Notes under the pieces: generated by a model | Databases searched by the model: none | What the model saw: the letters and a program-made list of their open reading frames with translations, nothing else | Told to the model about the DNA's origin: nothing | Made by a program: the position numbers and the translations under genes | Part shown: one piece after another, positions 16,519 to 24,618 of the stretch | Position numbering within the stretch: the stretch's first letter is position 1 | How the letters are laid out: each line of letters opens with the position of its first letter | IMG/VR virus record: IMGVR_UViG_3300037993_000206 | Origin: an uncultured virus (IMG/VR IMGVR_UViG_3300037993_000206) | Lineage: Duplodnaviria; Heunggongvirae; Uroviricota; Caudoviricetes | Length of the DNA stretch: 24,750 bases | Reading direction: 5' to 3' (one strand)

Positions 16519-17335
16519 TTTCTATTTCATCCTTCAACGACCTATGACCATTATTCCTAACACCTTTATTTTTTAACGGATAAACATCTGTATAATTATT
16601 TAAAGTAGATTGTTCTAATACCGCATTTGGTTCGTTACCAGAATCCCTTAATTTCATAAGTTCTTTAATAATTAAATCTTTAGCGTGTTCAGTTGGTATA
16701 GCCTTTTTCTTTCTTCGCATTTCTAAAAATGAGTCCCAAATATTTACATCAACCCAATCTGGTAAAACAAATAAATCTATTGCTTTTGTAATATTTGTTT
16801 TTGTATATTGCTTTTGTAATATTGTTATTGTATCTACCTCATTAGGTACTACCTGAGTACCTCGTTGGGTACTACCAAAGTCCTCATTAGGTACTACCTC
16901 ATTAGGTACTACCTCATTAGGTACTACCTCATTAGGTACTACCTCATTAGGTACTACCTCATTAGGTACTACCTGGCTTTTAGCGTCTTTAATTTGTTCT
17001 TTAAAATCATCATCTAACTCACTTGATTTATCCCATGTCTCAAAGTTTTTTTGGAATTGATATTGGATAATTTTTGGTTGTAACCGATTTATAATAATTA
17101 AATTTCGATGTTCTAATAATTGAAGCGTTCTCGGGATATGGTGAATACTGATATTAGTAGCAGTTGACCATTGGCTGAGACTGATAACATCCGATTTTTT
17201 ATTCCATCCGTATGTTTTTCTCCATAAAGTATGAAGTATGCGACTTTCATAATCTGTAAGTTTTATCATACAAAGGTGTTCGATTATTTCATTGGCTATA
17301 GCTGTATAGCCATTTTCCTTTTGGGGGTTTGCCAT
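16472..17335 (-). CDS. Lambda O-like replication initiator
   Basis: MANPQKENGYTAIANEI…RKTYGWNKKSDVISLSQ; central repeats; C-terminal LPDWV…W..FLEMR domain. Confidence 0.92.
   Translation of the reverse strand: MANPQKENGYTAIANEIIEHLCMIKLTDYESRILHTLWRKTYGWNKKSDVISLSQWSTATNISIHHIPRTLQLLEHRNLIIINRLQPKIIQYQFQKNFETWDKSSELDDDFKEQIKDAKSQVVPNEVVPNEVVPNEVVPNEVVPNEVVPNEDFGSTQRGTQVVPNEVDTITILQKQYTKTNITKAIDLFVLPDWVDVNIWDSFLEMRRKKKAIPTEHAKDLIIKELMKLRDSGNEPNAVLEQSTLNNYTDVYPLKNKGVRNNGHRSLKDEIENGKVTEGNLFAEHSN
16778..16823. repeat. AT-rich 18-bp direct repeat next to the iterons (possible unwinding element)
   Basis: TATTGCTTTTGTAATATT at 16778-16795 and 16806-16823. Confidence 0.7.
16837..16974. repeat. 15-bp iteron-like array (CCTCATTAGGTACTA), probable replication origin
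   Basis: Six perfect tandem copies at 16882-16971, one perfect copy at 16837-16851 and one variant CCTCGTTGGGTACTA at 16860-16874; encodes (VVPNE)n. Confidence 0.9.
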
Positions 17336-17377
17336 AAGCGACCTCTTAAACTATTAGATAGCTTAATAAAAACAGAA

Positions 17378-17533
17378 TTACTGAGAATCTATTTTATCTT
17401 GTAATTCAAGAAGTCGCTTAATAATATCATCGTAAGAGTCATTCTTGTTACCTAATTCGTTTAAGCGTTTGCGTGTTTCCGTTGAGACACGAATAGAAGT
17501 ATACTCGATTTGACTTTCAATATTTGTGGACAT
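17378..17533 (-). CDS. 51-aa ribbon-helix-helix-like regulator (not in ORF track)
   Basis: GAGG RBS; YTSIRVSTETRKRLNELGNKNDSYDDIIKRLLE. Confidence 0.8.
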   Translation of the reverse strand: MSTNIESQIEYTSIRVSTETRKRLNELGNKNDSYDDIIKRLLELQDKIDSQ

Positions 17534-17567
17534 TAAATAAACCTCGCATAGTATATTGATATAATTG

Positions 17568-17601
17568 TAGTAATAGTAGCATATTACTATGTGCTTGTCA
17601 A
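17568..17601 (-). promoter_or_regulatory. Sigma70-type promoter of the replication operon with operator dyad
   Basis: TTGACA (17601-17596), 17 bp, TGC-TACTAT (17578-17573); inverted repeat TAGTAATA-N6-TATTACTA (17568-17589) over the -10. Confidence 0.75.
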
Positions 17602-17621
17602 TAAACTGACGTAGACCAACT

Positions 17622-18122
17622 TTATACTATTTTATCTGGCAAATATTTTACCATAGGAGTGTTATAACTGACATATAAAGGATGTTTAGGTTGACTATCG
17701 ATATTAATTCCTAAACAGAATGGTTCTTTTATCATATTTAAAACTATTGGCGCACGATAAATTACAGGTTTGAAACTTCCCCAACCGCACAATACTTGAC
17801 CGGATAATGCTATCATTTGTGTGATATAATAGTCGTTAAATTCTCCAACAAAATCACCATCTTTTAGTAATGCGTTTGGGTCGGTTGAAACGTAAGCGTA
17901 AAGATTTGCCATAATCAATCCGCCAAATCCTGATTTATATGCTCTAGCAATATTACGTGTAATTGTTGGGTCGTTAGTTAGTTCATTGGCAGTTGAAGGA
18001 TTTAAACCAATGCACATTAATGGCTTTAAGGTAGGATGCCACATTCTCCAAAGAGCGTAACGATATTTTCTATCCTCTGAAAAGATAGCACCTTTTAAAA
18101 TTGTTAAATCAATTTGTTGCAT
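17622..18122 (-). CDS. DUF1643-family protein
   Basis: AIFSEDRKYRYALWRMW…IGLNPSTA…DPTI…NLYAYVSTDP…WG…PKHPLYV. Confidence 0.88.
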   Translation of the reverse strand: MQQIDLTILKGAIFSEDRKYRYALWRMWHPTLKPLMCIGLNPSTANELTNDPTITRNIARAYKSGFGGLIMANLYAYVSTDPNALLKDGDFVGEFNDYYITQMIALSGQVLCGWGSFKPVIYRAPIVLNMIKEPFCLGINIDSQPKHPLYVSYNTPMVKYLPDKIV

Positions 18123-18123
18123 A

Positions 18124-18627
18124 CTATTTTATCTGGACAGACTTTTTATCCGTGATAATCTCTACGCCGTTTGGTACTTCACCAGTCTGTTTGAAGTTTG
18201 ACAAAATCCCCACTTTATCTACTTCTTTTTGTTCGGGAATTATGCGCCAAAATGTTGCTGGAATTTGCTTTTCATCAATCACTTTACATGACGGTGGATT
18301 AGTTTTTAAAATCACATTTAAGACCAACCCTTCAACCTTATCACGCTTTGCATTTTGAAGTTCTACCGATAAATAATTCTTTAACCAATCGGCTTTATTT
18401 GCTGCGGATTTTGCTTTTTGCGTGAGCCTTTCGGCCTCAGTTTTGTAAGCGGTTTGTTGTGCTTCAAGTCCCTTTACTATCTTAGCAAGACTTTCTACTT
18501 TTTCATCAAATAAAAGCGTAACTTCCATCAAGTTCTGGCGTAAAGTTGCTTCGTCAAATGATTCACCATCATTCTCTATGGTGTTCTGGATGTTCTTAAA
18601 CCGTTCACTTAATTCATAAAGATGCAT
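18124..18627 (-). CDS. Siphovirus Gp157-family protein
   Basis: MHLYEL…KVESLAK…EAERL…LKNYL…NPPS…IP..F…VDK…G…SVQIK. Confidence 0.9.
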   Translation of the reverse strand: MHLYELSERFKNIQNTIENDGESFDEATLRQNLMEVTLLFDEKVESLAKIVKGLEAQQTAYKTEAERLTQKAKSAANKADWLKNYLSVELQNAKRDKVEGLVLNVILKTNPPSCKVIDEKQIPATFWRIIPEQKEVDKVGILSNFKQTGEVPNGVEIITDKKSVQIK

Positions 18628-18649
18628 TTACACTACTCCTATATTAATT

Positions 18650-19375
18650 TTATAAAGCGCACATACAAGGGCGCATATCAAAGTCATCGTCACTAAATAG
18701 TGGTTTTTGTTGAGTCCAAACTTTGTCTAATTCAGTTAAAGATGTATCTTTAAAAACAGTATTGCCGATTAATAATTCCGATTCAATTGCCTTTTTAAAA
18801 TAGTCAGGGTAGTACTTCCAGATTTGGTAAAAATGTTTCTTTCCACCTTTAAAACAAGGCAGACAATTATTATGATTCAAATACAAATAAGGTTCTGGTA
18901 GACAAATTTTCCATTCATTACGAATAACATCTTTGATTTTAGAGTCTGTTAAATTTTGTTTCAATAGTGGATATTCCGATTTAATATCTTGCACATCTAA
19001 TCGTGCTACTGATCTTTGCATCCTACGCCATTCACCTAAACCGAACCCTAAATAAACTATAAAATCATCCAGCATAGTTTTATAAAATTTAGAAGCTTGT
19101 TCTGATTTAAAAATACGTGAGCAAAAGGGGATTCTATCTGATGGTAAACAATGTTCGTATTTAATTAATTCCCACAAATTACGTCCATCTGCTTGTATTG
19201 TAATAGGGATATCTAAAAACTTACTAACTTGATTACGAAAACGGTCTGCGTCTGGATGTTCAGAATATGTTGGAGTGTGAAGTAAAATAATATCTTCTTT
19301 GCGTTCTTTTTGTGCGACTAACTACGCCACATAAGAACTATTCGCACCACCAGAAAATAAAACTATATGCTTCAT
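18650..19375 (-). pseudogene. PAPS-reductase/PP-loop-like gene with in-frame TAG at codon 18
   Basis: AGGAG RBS and ATG 19375: MKHIVLFSGGANSSYVA*LVAQ…EHPDADRF…, in frame with the track ORF 18650-19177 (CSRIFK, HNNCLPCFKGG, PCMC). TAG at 19322-19324. Confidence 0.8.
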
Positions 19376-19376
19376 G

Positions 19377-19748
19377 TTATCTCCTACGGCAACTATCACA
19401 AGTAACAGCTAATCTACCTGAAATACGCCATGCAAAAGGACTCTGGATATATTCGACAGGTAATTTTTGTGTTACAAGTTGGTTGCAATTTAAACATAAT
19501 GTTTCTGTTTTAGTTTCAATCCCTGATAACTGTCTTTGTGTACTACGTTTTGCTTCTTTTTCTTCATCGGTTAAAGGGACACGATCAGTTTGTTTTTGTA
19601 AATCCGCCTTACGGTTAAGTTGGTCAAAATTTGTCATAACTCGTGCAGCCCATTTGTTATGTTTATTAGGATGTTCTACTTGGATATGTTGGGCTACTTC
19701 TCGTGGTTCTTTATCTCTACATGATGAGCAATAAAAACAATCCATCAC
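19377..19748 (-). CDS. Multi-Zn-finger hypothetical protein
   Basis: CSSC…H…H, CLNC…CDSC. Confidence 0.7.
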   Translation of the reverse strand: MMDCFYCSSCRDKEPREVAQHIQVEHPNKHNKWAARVMTNFDQLNRKADLQKQTDRVPLTDEEKEAKRSTQRQLSGIETKTETLCLNCNQLVTQKLPVEYIQSPFAWRISGRLAVTCDSCRRR

Positions 19749-19794
19749 AAAACCTCACGATATATCACGTTTGTCCAGTGGTGAGTATAGGTGT

Positions 19795-19989
19795 CTAATC
19801 CTTTGGTTCGTATTTAACGTAGTGAGATTCCACCCAATTATGGATATCAGACTCTTTAAATTTAACATTATTTTTAGAAAATCTAACTACTGGTAGACCT
19901 TGATTAAGATACATTTTTCTAACAGCTTGAGGTTTCATATTAAGTATAGCACAAACCTCTTTTAATGTTAATAGCTTTTCTTCTTCCAT
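19795..19989 (-). CDS. Excisionase-like HTH protein
   Basis: LLTLKEVCAILNM…GLPVVR…FKESDIHNWV. Confidence 0.85.
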   Translation of the reverse strand: MEEEKLLTLKEVCAILNMKPQAVRKMYLNQGLPVVRFSKNNVKFKESDIHNWVESHYVKYEPKD

Positions 19990-20648
19990 TATTTACTCTC
20001 CGTTGTTTCTTTACCAGTTGCCCAATTACAATCTTCATATTTAGTGAAACAAGGCATTAATAATCCCGTTAGTCTACCACTCTCTTTCATTGAAATACTA
20101 TTAGGAATTAAAGAACAAAATTCCACAGCTATGTTTTGATCTTTAATTATATCTCCGGTTTTACCCCTTTCTCTAATCCTTAATGCTACCATTTTATGAC
20201 CAGACTTCTCTAAAGTAGCGATTAACTTTTTTAAAACTGGTGTTCCAAGCGCAATATAAGACTCTGTTTTCTTAGTTTTTAAATCATCTACAAATTGGTT
20301 TAAGTTTGGGTATTTAGCGTTAATCAGATGAGTAATAATTTCATATTCACCTTTAATAATAAAAAGTGTATGTTCAATAGAGATCGTAACCCCGTTTAGA
20401 TTTTTATCAATACCCGCTCGTAGTAAGTCAGACACTTTAATTACACATTCAGGAAAGTCTTTACCTTGTTTAATTTTATACTGAGCAATCATAAACCCAT
20501 CAGTAGCTTCAGCGGTATTATTAATAATATGCAAACCAGATAACTGAGGCCTACTCGCATCATCTTTAGACGTAAAATTAGTAAGTGAAAGAGCTTCTTT
20601 CGGGATAAAACATTCGTTACTTTTTACTTCAACCTTTTTAAATTCCAT
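19989..20648 (-). CDS. DNA polymerase III beta-clamp-like protein (partial length)
   Basis: SKDDASRPQLSGLHI…ATDG…KYPN…GLLMP echo DnaN motifs; 219 aa. Confidence 0.65.
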   Translation of the reverse strand: MEFKKVEVKSNECFIPKEALSLTNFTSKDDASRPQLSGLHIINNTAEATDGFMIAQYKIKQGKDFPECVIKVSDLLRAGIDKNLNGVTISIEHTLFIIKGEYEIITHLINAKYPNLNQFVDDLKTKKTESYIALGTPVLKKLIATLEKSGHKMVALRIRERGKTGDIIKDQNIAVEFCSLIPNSISMKESGRLTGLLMPCFTKYEDCNWATGKETTESK

Positions 20649-20760
20649 TTAACAACTCTCCGTTTAATATCAATACCTATTTTATCTAAAACGTGTCCCA
20701 AAATCCAAAAGAATAGAGTACCACCACTCCAACAAAGTATAATCTCTAAAAGATGAATCA

Positions 20761-21786
20761 TTATTTATGAGTAGGTGGTTCTACATTACTATTTAACATT
20801 ACACCCTTTCCTTGACAGTGTGGGCAATCAATAAGTGGTTCATTGATGTAATCTATAAGTTCTTTTAAGTAGGCATCAATTTGTTCTTTTAATTCAGTTT
20901 CATTGTTTGCTACAAATCCCTTAATGGGTGTATAACCGTTATATTTATCTTTCTCGCTTGTCATTTCAAATACTTTGACTTCACGACTTGATACTAAACG
21001 AGTTTCAACAATAGGTTTGCGTCTGCGATTATAACCAGGGTGTTTAGTATAAGTTTGTTCAAATGGTTTAGTTATCCCTACAATTTTAGCAACTTCAAAA
21101 CAGAAATTATAATCAGAAGTTACCTTTGCATATTTAGGATTGATATTAAGTTTGATATAATTCCGTATTAAGTTATAAGTATCTTCCGATGAAAGTCTAC
21201 AAGGTGTTTCATGTAATAAGATAGTTGGGAAAATAATTTTATCCAGCACTTGATGTTCGATTCTACTATTAGTAATAAACGCAGGTTTGAACTCATGGTC
21301 AATCCATAAAGGATTATCGGGATATTTGATCCCTGTTGGTGGTTTAATCTCTGGTACTTTAAATAATACCTTAAAATCAAATTCTTCTTCTACTTCTTTA
21401 TCCGGTTGTGGGTCTGAAATTTCTTGATAAAGTGAACGATACATCGCAAGTTCTTCTTTCCAGATAAAATTTCCTTCACAATCTTTTGCGCCAGCATCCT
21501 CACTTTTAATTTCAAGTGGAAGTTTCTTAGACTTTAAAGTATCATCCTTTAAAATAAACCTGTAATTAATATTGGGTTGACGTTCTATATGTGAAACTTT
21601 AAATGGGATAGTTGGAATAAAACTCCAATCAGGGTGGAAAGTATCAGTAGCTTTTAGTCTATTGAATAATTTATTATCTAACCTACGGTTATAACTGTAA
21701 CCACCATCAGGAAACCGACTAACATAAAAACCTTTATCAGTTTCGATTGCGATAATTTGTAAAATATCCTTTTTAGTATCTTCCAT
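20761..21786 (-). CDS. Hypothetical phage protein with C-terminal CPHCQGKG
   Basis: 341-aa ORF, GAGGA RBS. Confidence 0.85.
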   Translation of the reverse strand: MEDTKKDILQIIAIETDKGFYVSRFPDGGYSYNRRLDNKLFNRLKATDTFHPDWSFIPTIPFKVSHIERQPNINYRFILKDDTLKSKKLPLEIKSEDAGAKDCEGNFIWKEELAMYRSLYQEISDPQPDKEVEEEFDFKVLFKVPEIKPPTGIKYPDNPLWIDHEFKPAFITNSRIEHQVLDKIIFPTILLHETPCRLSSEDTYNLIRNYIKLNINPKYAKVTSDYNFCFEVAKIVGITKPFEQTYTKHPGYNRRRKPIVETRLVSSREVKVFEMTSEKDKYNGYTPIKGFVANNETELKEQIDAYLKELIDYINEPLIDCPHCQGKGVMLNSNVEPPTHK

Positions 21787-21798
21787 TTTAATCCTCTC

Positions 21799-22092
21799 TC
21801 ATTTTAATAACTTTCTTAATTCACCATCAATCTGATTAAAATTAGCAATATTCGAGTTTATTCTTTCAATAGTGTCGCTATTAGTTCGTAAACAATCTTT
21901 ACATAAAGTAAACTCAGGGACATTACAATTAACTGTAGGTATCTCATCACGACATTCTACGCAAACATCTTTACCACAGATATCGCACTTAACAAGTAGT
22001 TCATCATCTTCTCTGTATGGAACTTGTTCCTTTTTACAGATATCACAATAATATATAGTTTTTGTTTTATTAAATCTGATTACTTTTTCCAT
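21799..22092 (-). CDS. Cys-rich Zn-binding protein
   Basis: Four CxxC pairs; GAGGA RBS. Confidence 0.75.
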   Translation of the reverse strand: MEKVIRFNKTKTIYYCDICKKEQVPYREDDELLVKCDICGKDVCVECRDEIPTVNCNVPEFTLCKDCLRTNSDTIERINSNIANFNQIDGELRKLLK

Positions 22093-22122
22093 TTAATCCT
22101 CTCTCATATTTGATTCATCTTA

Positions 22123-22347
22123 TTAAAACGGTAATCCGTCATTAATATCAGGTTCTAACCAATCCACATCACGTTTAATACAACAACCCTTTGATTCGAG
22201 GTAGTATACTTGGATACCAGGATTTAGTTTTGCCAACCGTTCTGCCTCAATTCTGGCGCATTGTTCACTACTCTGTTTGATAATTGGTGCATGGGTATTT
22301 GTTCCATTCACATATACCATCCAGAAGTGTTCCATTTGTTGATTCAT
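22123..22347 (-). CDS. Small phage protein, paralog copy A
   Basis: FWMVY…EAERLAK.NP…LESKGCCIKRDVDW; GAGG RBS. Confidence 0.8.
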   Translation of the reverse strand: MNQQMEHFWMVYVNGTNTHAPIIKQSSEQCARIEAERLAKLNPGIQVYYLESKGCCIKRDVDWLEPDINDGLPF

Positions 22348-22464
22348 TTTACTTTACCTCTGTGAACAGGCCTGCGGGATTTAGTTCTCTAACTCTGTTG
22401 ATAGTATCTTCCCAATCCTCAAAATACCCACGCATTACTAGACTAGTCCCATCTATTCCAACCT

Positions 22465-22881
22465 CTAAATATTATTAATTGCCTCAACCACTTCCAGAAT
22501 CTTCTTAGCTAACTCACGGCTTACCTGTTTCGATTGTAGGAAAGCTAAAACAATATCAATTTTTAATTCGATATCCATATATCCAATCGAGACAAGCGAC
22601 CCTACCGCTGAATCGAGAAGTTTAAGTTTTTCCTCAATCCTTTCTAATCGCTGGTTAGTTTCATTCATCGATTTGTCCTCAATTTTGAGCTTTGGCATAA
22701 CTCCCGCCGCTCTCCGCGTAGCTAAAGATGATGCTGGATGATTAGGATCGTTTTCACGTAGTGGAACATTGGCATCATGTAATATTTTATAAATACTAGC
22801 TGACGATATTTTAAATTCCGATTCAATTAAAACTACCTTATCCCCACGTTTATAAGATTCAATGATTTGCTGTGCTTCCAT
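22465..22881 (-). CDS. HTH-containing hypothetical protein
   Basis: Likely start ATG 22881 after GGGGGA; IIESYKRG…FKISSASIYKIL…VPLR. Confidence 0.7.
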   Translation of the reverse strand: MEAQQIIESYKRGDKVVLIESEFKISSASIYKILHDANVPLRENDPNHPASSLATRRAAGVMPKLKIEDKSMNETNQRLERIEEKLKLLDSAVGSLVSIGYMDIELKIDIVLAFLQSKQVSRELAKKILEVVEAINNI

Positions 22882-22983
22882 TATTTCCCCCAAGTTTCAT
22901 TATTCCCCCAGGTACCACCTTTTAATATTTTACCCATTCCATACGGCGGGTTCCTCCAATCAAGTATACCACACTAACAAAAC

Positions 22984-23196
22984 TTAAAAAGGAATTTCAT
23001 CAGGATAAAACCAATCGACATCACGTTTGATGCAACACCCTTTTGATTCAAGAACATAGACTTGAATATTAGGATTCTCTTTTGCTAATCTTTCTGCCTC
23101 AGTTTTAGCGTCTTGTTCGTTTTGATGTTTATAAATTGGTGCATGACTTATAGTTCCATTTACATAGACCATCCAAAACTTTACTACATTTTCCAT
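22984..23196 (-). CDS. Small phage protein, paralog copy B
   Basis: 46/60 identical to 22123-22347 over the core (hand alignment). Confidence 0.8.
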   Translation of the reverse strand: MENVVKFWMVYVNGTISHAPIYKHQNEQDAKTEAERLAKENPNIQVYVLESKGCCIKRDVDWFYPDEIPF

Positions 23197-23210
23197 TTTT
23201 ATTATCCCCT

Positions 23211-23606
23211 CTATTTATTAAATAATTCTGGATTCTCATATATATTACCGATAACATCACGTGCATCCCAATCATGTGGGTCAATATGAATATCACTTTT
23301 ATTGTTCACAGCACGAAATTGAACGCAGTCCTCGTAAAACGAAACTACGCAAACTAGTTCTGGTTCACAACTTTGTAGGATATCCCCTTCATAAATCTCT
23401 TTACCATTCTTATCTTTAAGTCCGGTGTATTGGCGTAAGGTTACATAATCTAATGGTAAAGTTCTAGGGGCATTACCAACCCACATTCCAACTCTATCCA
23501 ATATTCCATCAGATGTAAATAATAAACTAGACACTGGGAACATAGATGCAGGGATACCCTCAAAGATATCATTTTTGACATATGCTTGATATTTAATCTC
23601 TTTCAT
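23211..23606 (-). CDS. YopX-family protein
   Basis: MKEIKY…QYTGLKDKNGKEIYEGDIL…VIGNIYENPEL. Confidence 0.92.
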   Translation of the reverse strand: MKEIKYQAYVKNDIFEGIPASMFPVSSLLFTSDGILDRVGMWVGNAPRTLPLDYVTLRQYTGLKDKNGKEIYEGDILQSCEPELVCVVSFYEDCVQFRAVNNKSDIHIDPHDWDARDVIGNIYENPELFNK

Positions 23607-23617
23607 TTAACCTACTC

Positions 23618-23803
23618 CTATAGAGGTTTAATTACTATACCCTTTGTAATGTTTTTAATTTTGATATGAGTAGTCCTACTGCTATTTGTTGTAAGTAGTC
23701 CATTGATTTTAAAAAGTTTTTTACAGTGAGGGCATTGTTGATATTCATCGAATAGACGTTTAATTTCGTCGCATGGAATATCATAGCGGTATTCAGTATT
23801 CAT
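23618..23803 (-). CDS. Small hypothetical protein
   Basis: AGGAG RBS; CPHC. Confidence 0.6.
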   Translation of the reverse strand: MNTEYRYDIPCDEIKRLFDEYQQCPHCKKLFKINGLLTTNSSRTTHIKIKNITKGIVIKPL

Positions 23804-23844
23804 ATTATTACTCCTATTTAGTATTAACCTATGCTTAATGCAAA

Positions 23845-24036
23845 TTAATTAGTACATTGGTTGTCGTTAGCCTTTATAAAAAAACCATCTAAAACCATAC
23901 CACATCCAAATGGTGCTATGACCCAAAGTCGGTATGTATAAAACTATAGCCAAAAACCAAAAGGTAAACTGATAGCGAGAACAAACATTCCCCAAAGTGT
24001 ATCCATTAGTTGATAAAAATTCTTAGTCGGCTTCAT
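23845..24036 (-). pseudogene. Small membrane-protein gene with possible internal TAG
   Basis: ATGA overlap; …LWGMFVLAISLPFGFWL*FYTYRLWVIAPFGCGMVLDGFFIK…; TAG at 23944-23946. Confidence 0.4.
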
Positions 24037-24398
24037 AAAGTATAATCCTTAAACATTTGTAAAAGACTAGTTTCTTCGACTATCAATGTATTGTCAATGG
24101 TCATAACTTTAAGGTATCCTTTTTCGCCCCATTTTTTAAAGGTATCAAGTGGTATATCCTTGTGCCATTGTGCCTTTGTTAGCTCTTGTGCCTTCTCTAT
24201 CGAAATGTAACCTTCAGGGATGGGTTGTTTGGTGGTTTCTACTTTTTTTAAATCAGTTGGTTGGTCGGTTATAATACTTTGGCGAGTGATTAATTCCTCA
24301 ATATATCCGGCGTAAGATTGACCAGGGTGTTTTAGCGTATCTAAATGAGCTTTTAAAATTCTTGATACAGTAATTTTAGTGTTATTAGGACTATCCAT
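24033..24398 (-). CDS. Two-domain regulator: RHH-like N-terminus plus Xis/MerR-like HTH
   Basis: TKITVSRILKAHLDTLKHPGQSYAGYIEELI; YISIEKAQEL…IPLDTFKKWGEKGYL. Confidence 0.75.
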   Translation of the reverse strand: MDSPNNTKITVSRILKAHLDTLKHPGQSYAGYIEELITRQSIITDQPTDLKKVETTKQPIPEGYISIEKAQELTKAQWHKDIPLDTFKKWGEKGYLKVMTIDNTLIVEETSLLQMFKDYTL

Positions 24399-24400
24399 TA

Positions 24401-24578
24401 TTACCCCCTCTGGTGTTTTCCTATAAAGTGGCCTTGTTTATCCCTGGCAGTAATTTTGTCCCAATTATCCATTAGAGTGTTAAGGAAAGAATCGGGCGTA
24501 TCTCCATATTTAAGATAACTCTTTAGCCGTTCATATGTAGGTGTTGTGAAAGTTTAACGACTTAGAGTATTTCCTCAT
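24401..24578 (-). pseudogene. RHH-like gene with a one-base frameshift
   Basis: MRKYSKSLNF in one frame, then TTPTYERLKSYLKYGDTPDSFLNTLMDNW…RDKQGHFIGKHQRG* in the +1 frame; total length 178 = 3n+1. Confidence 0.55.
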
Positions 24579-24613
24579 ACTTTAATAATAACACATCTTA
24601 CGTATTATAGCAA
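24579..24613 (-). promoter_or_regulatory. Sigma70-type promoter, probably leaderless, heading the minus arm
   Basis: TTGCTA (24613-24608), 17 bp, TGT-TATTAT (24590-24585), then TAAAGT-ATG. Confidence 0.6.
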
Positions 24614-24618
24614 TAGGC

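Noticed and set aside
16837..16974. CRISPR array
   Set aside because: 15-bp units abut with no unique spacers, lie in a coding frame, and no cas genes are present.
20624..20761. 45-aa hydrophobic ORF on the minus strand
   Set aside because: TAATG coupling is suggestive, but it overlaps the next gene by 25 nt and has no motif; too weak to list as a feature.
8842..21380. Same-strand alternative-frame ORFs 8842-9039, 9918-10142, 21168-21380
   Set aside because: Short, no recognisable domain, and the host proteins show no apparent insertion there, unlike 10835-11374.
22350..22475. Possible frameshifted extension of the HTH gene (…EAIN-KYLEVGIDGTSLVMRGYFEDW…)
   Set aside because: Requires assuming a missing base. 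A separate 28-aa ORF or non-coding DNA explains it equally well, and no motif supports it.
18101..22478. Plus-strand ORFs 18101-18358, 19312-19734, 22284-22478
   Set aside because: Antisense shadows of minus-arm genes.
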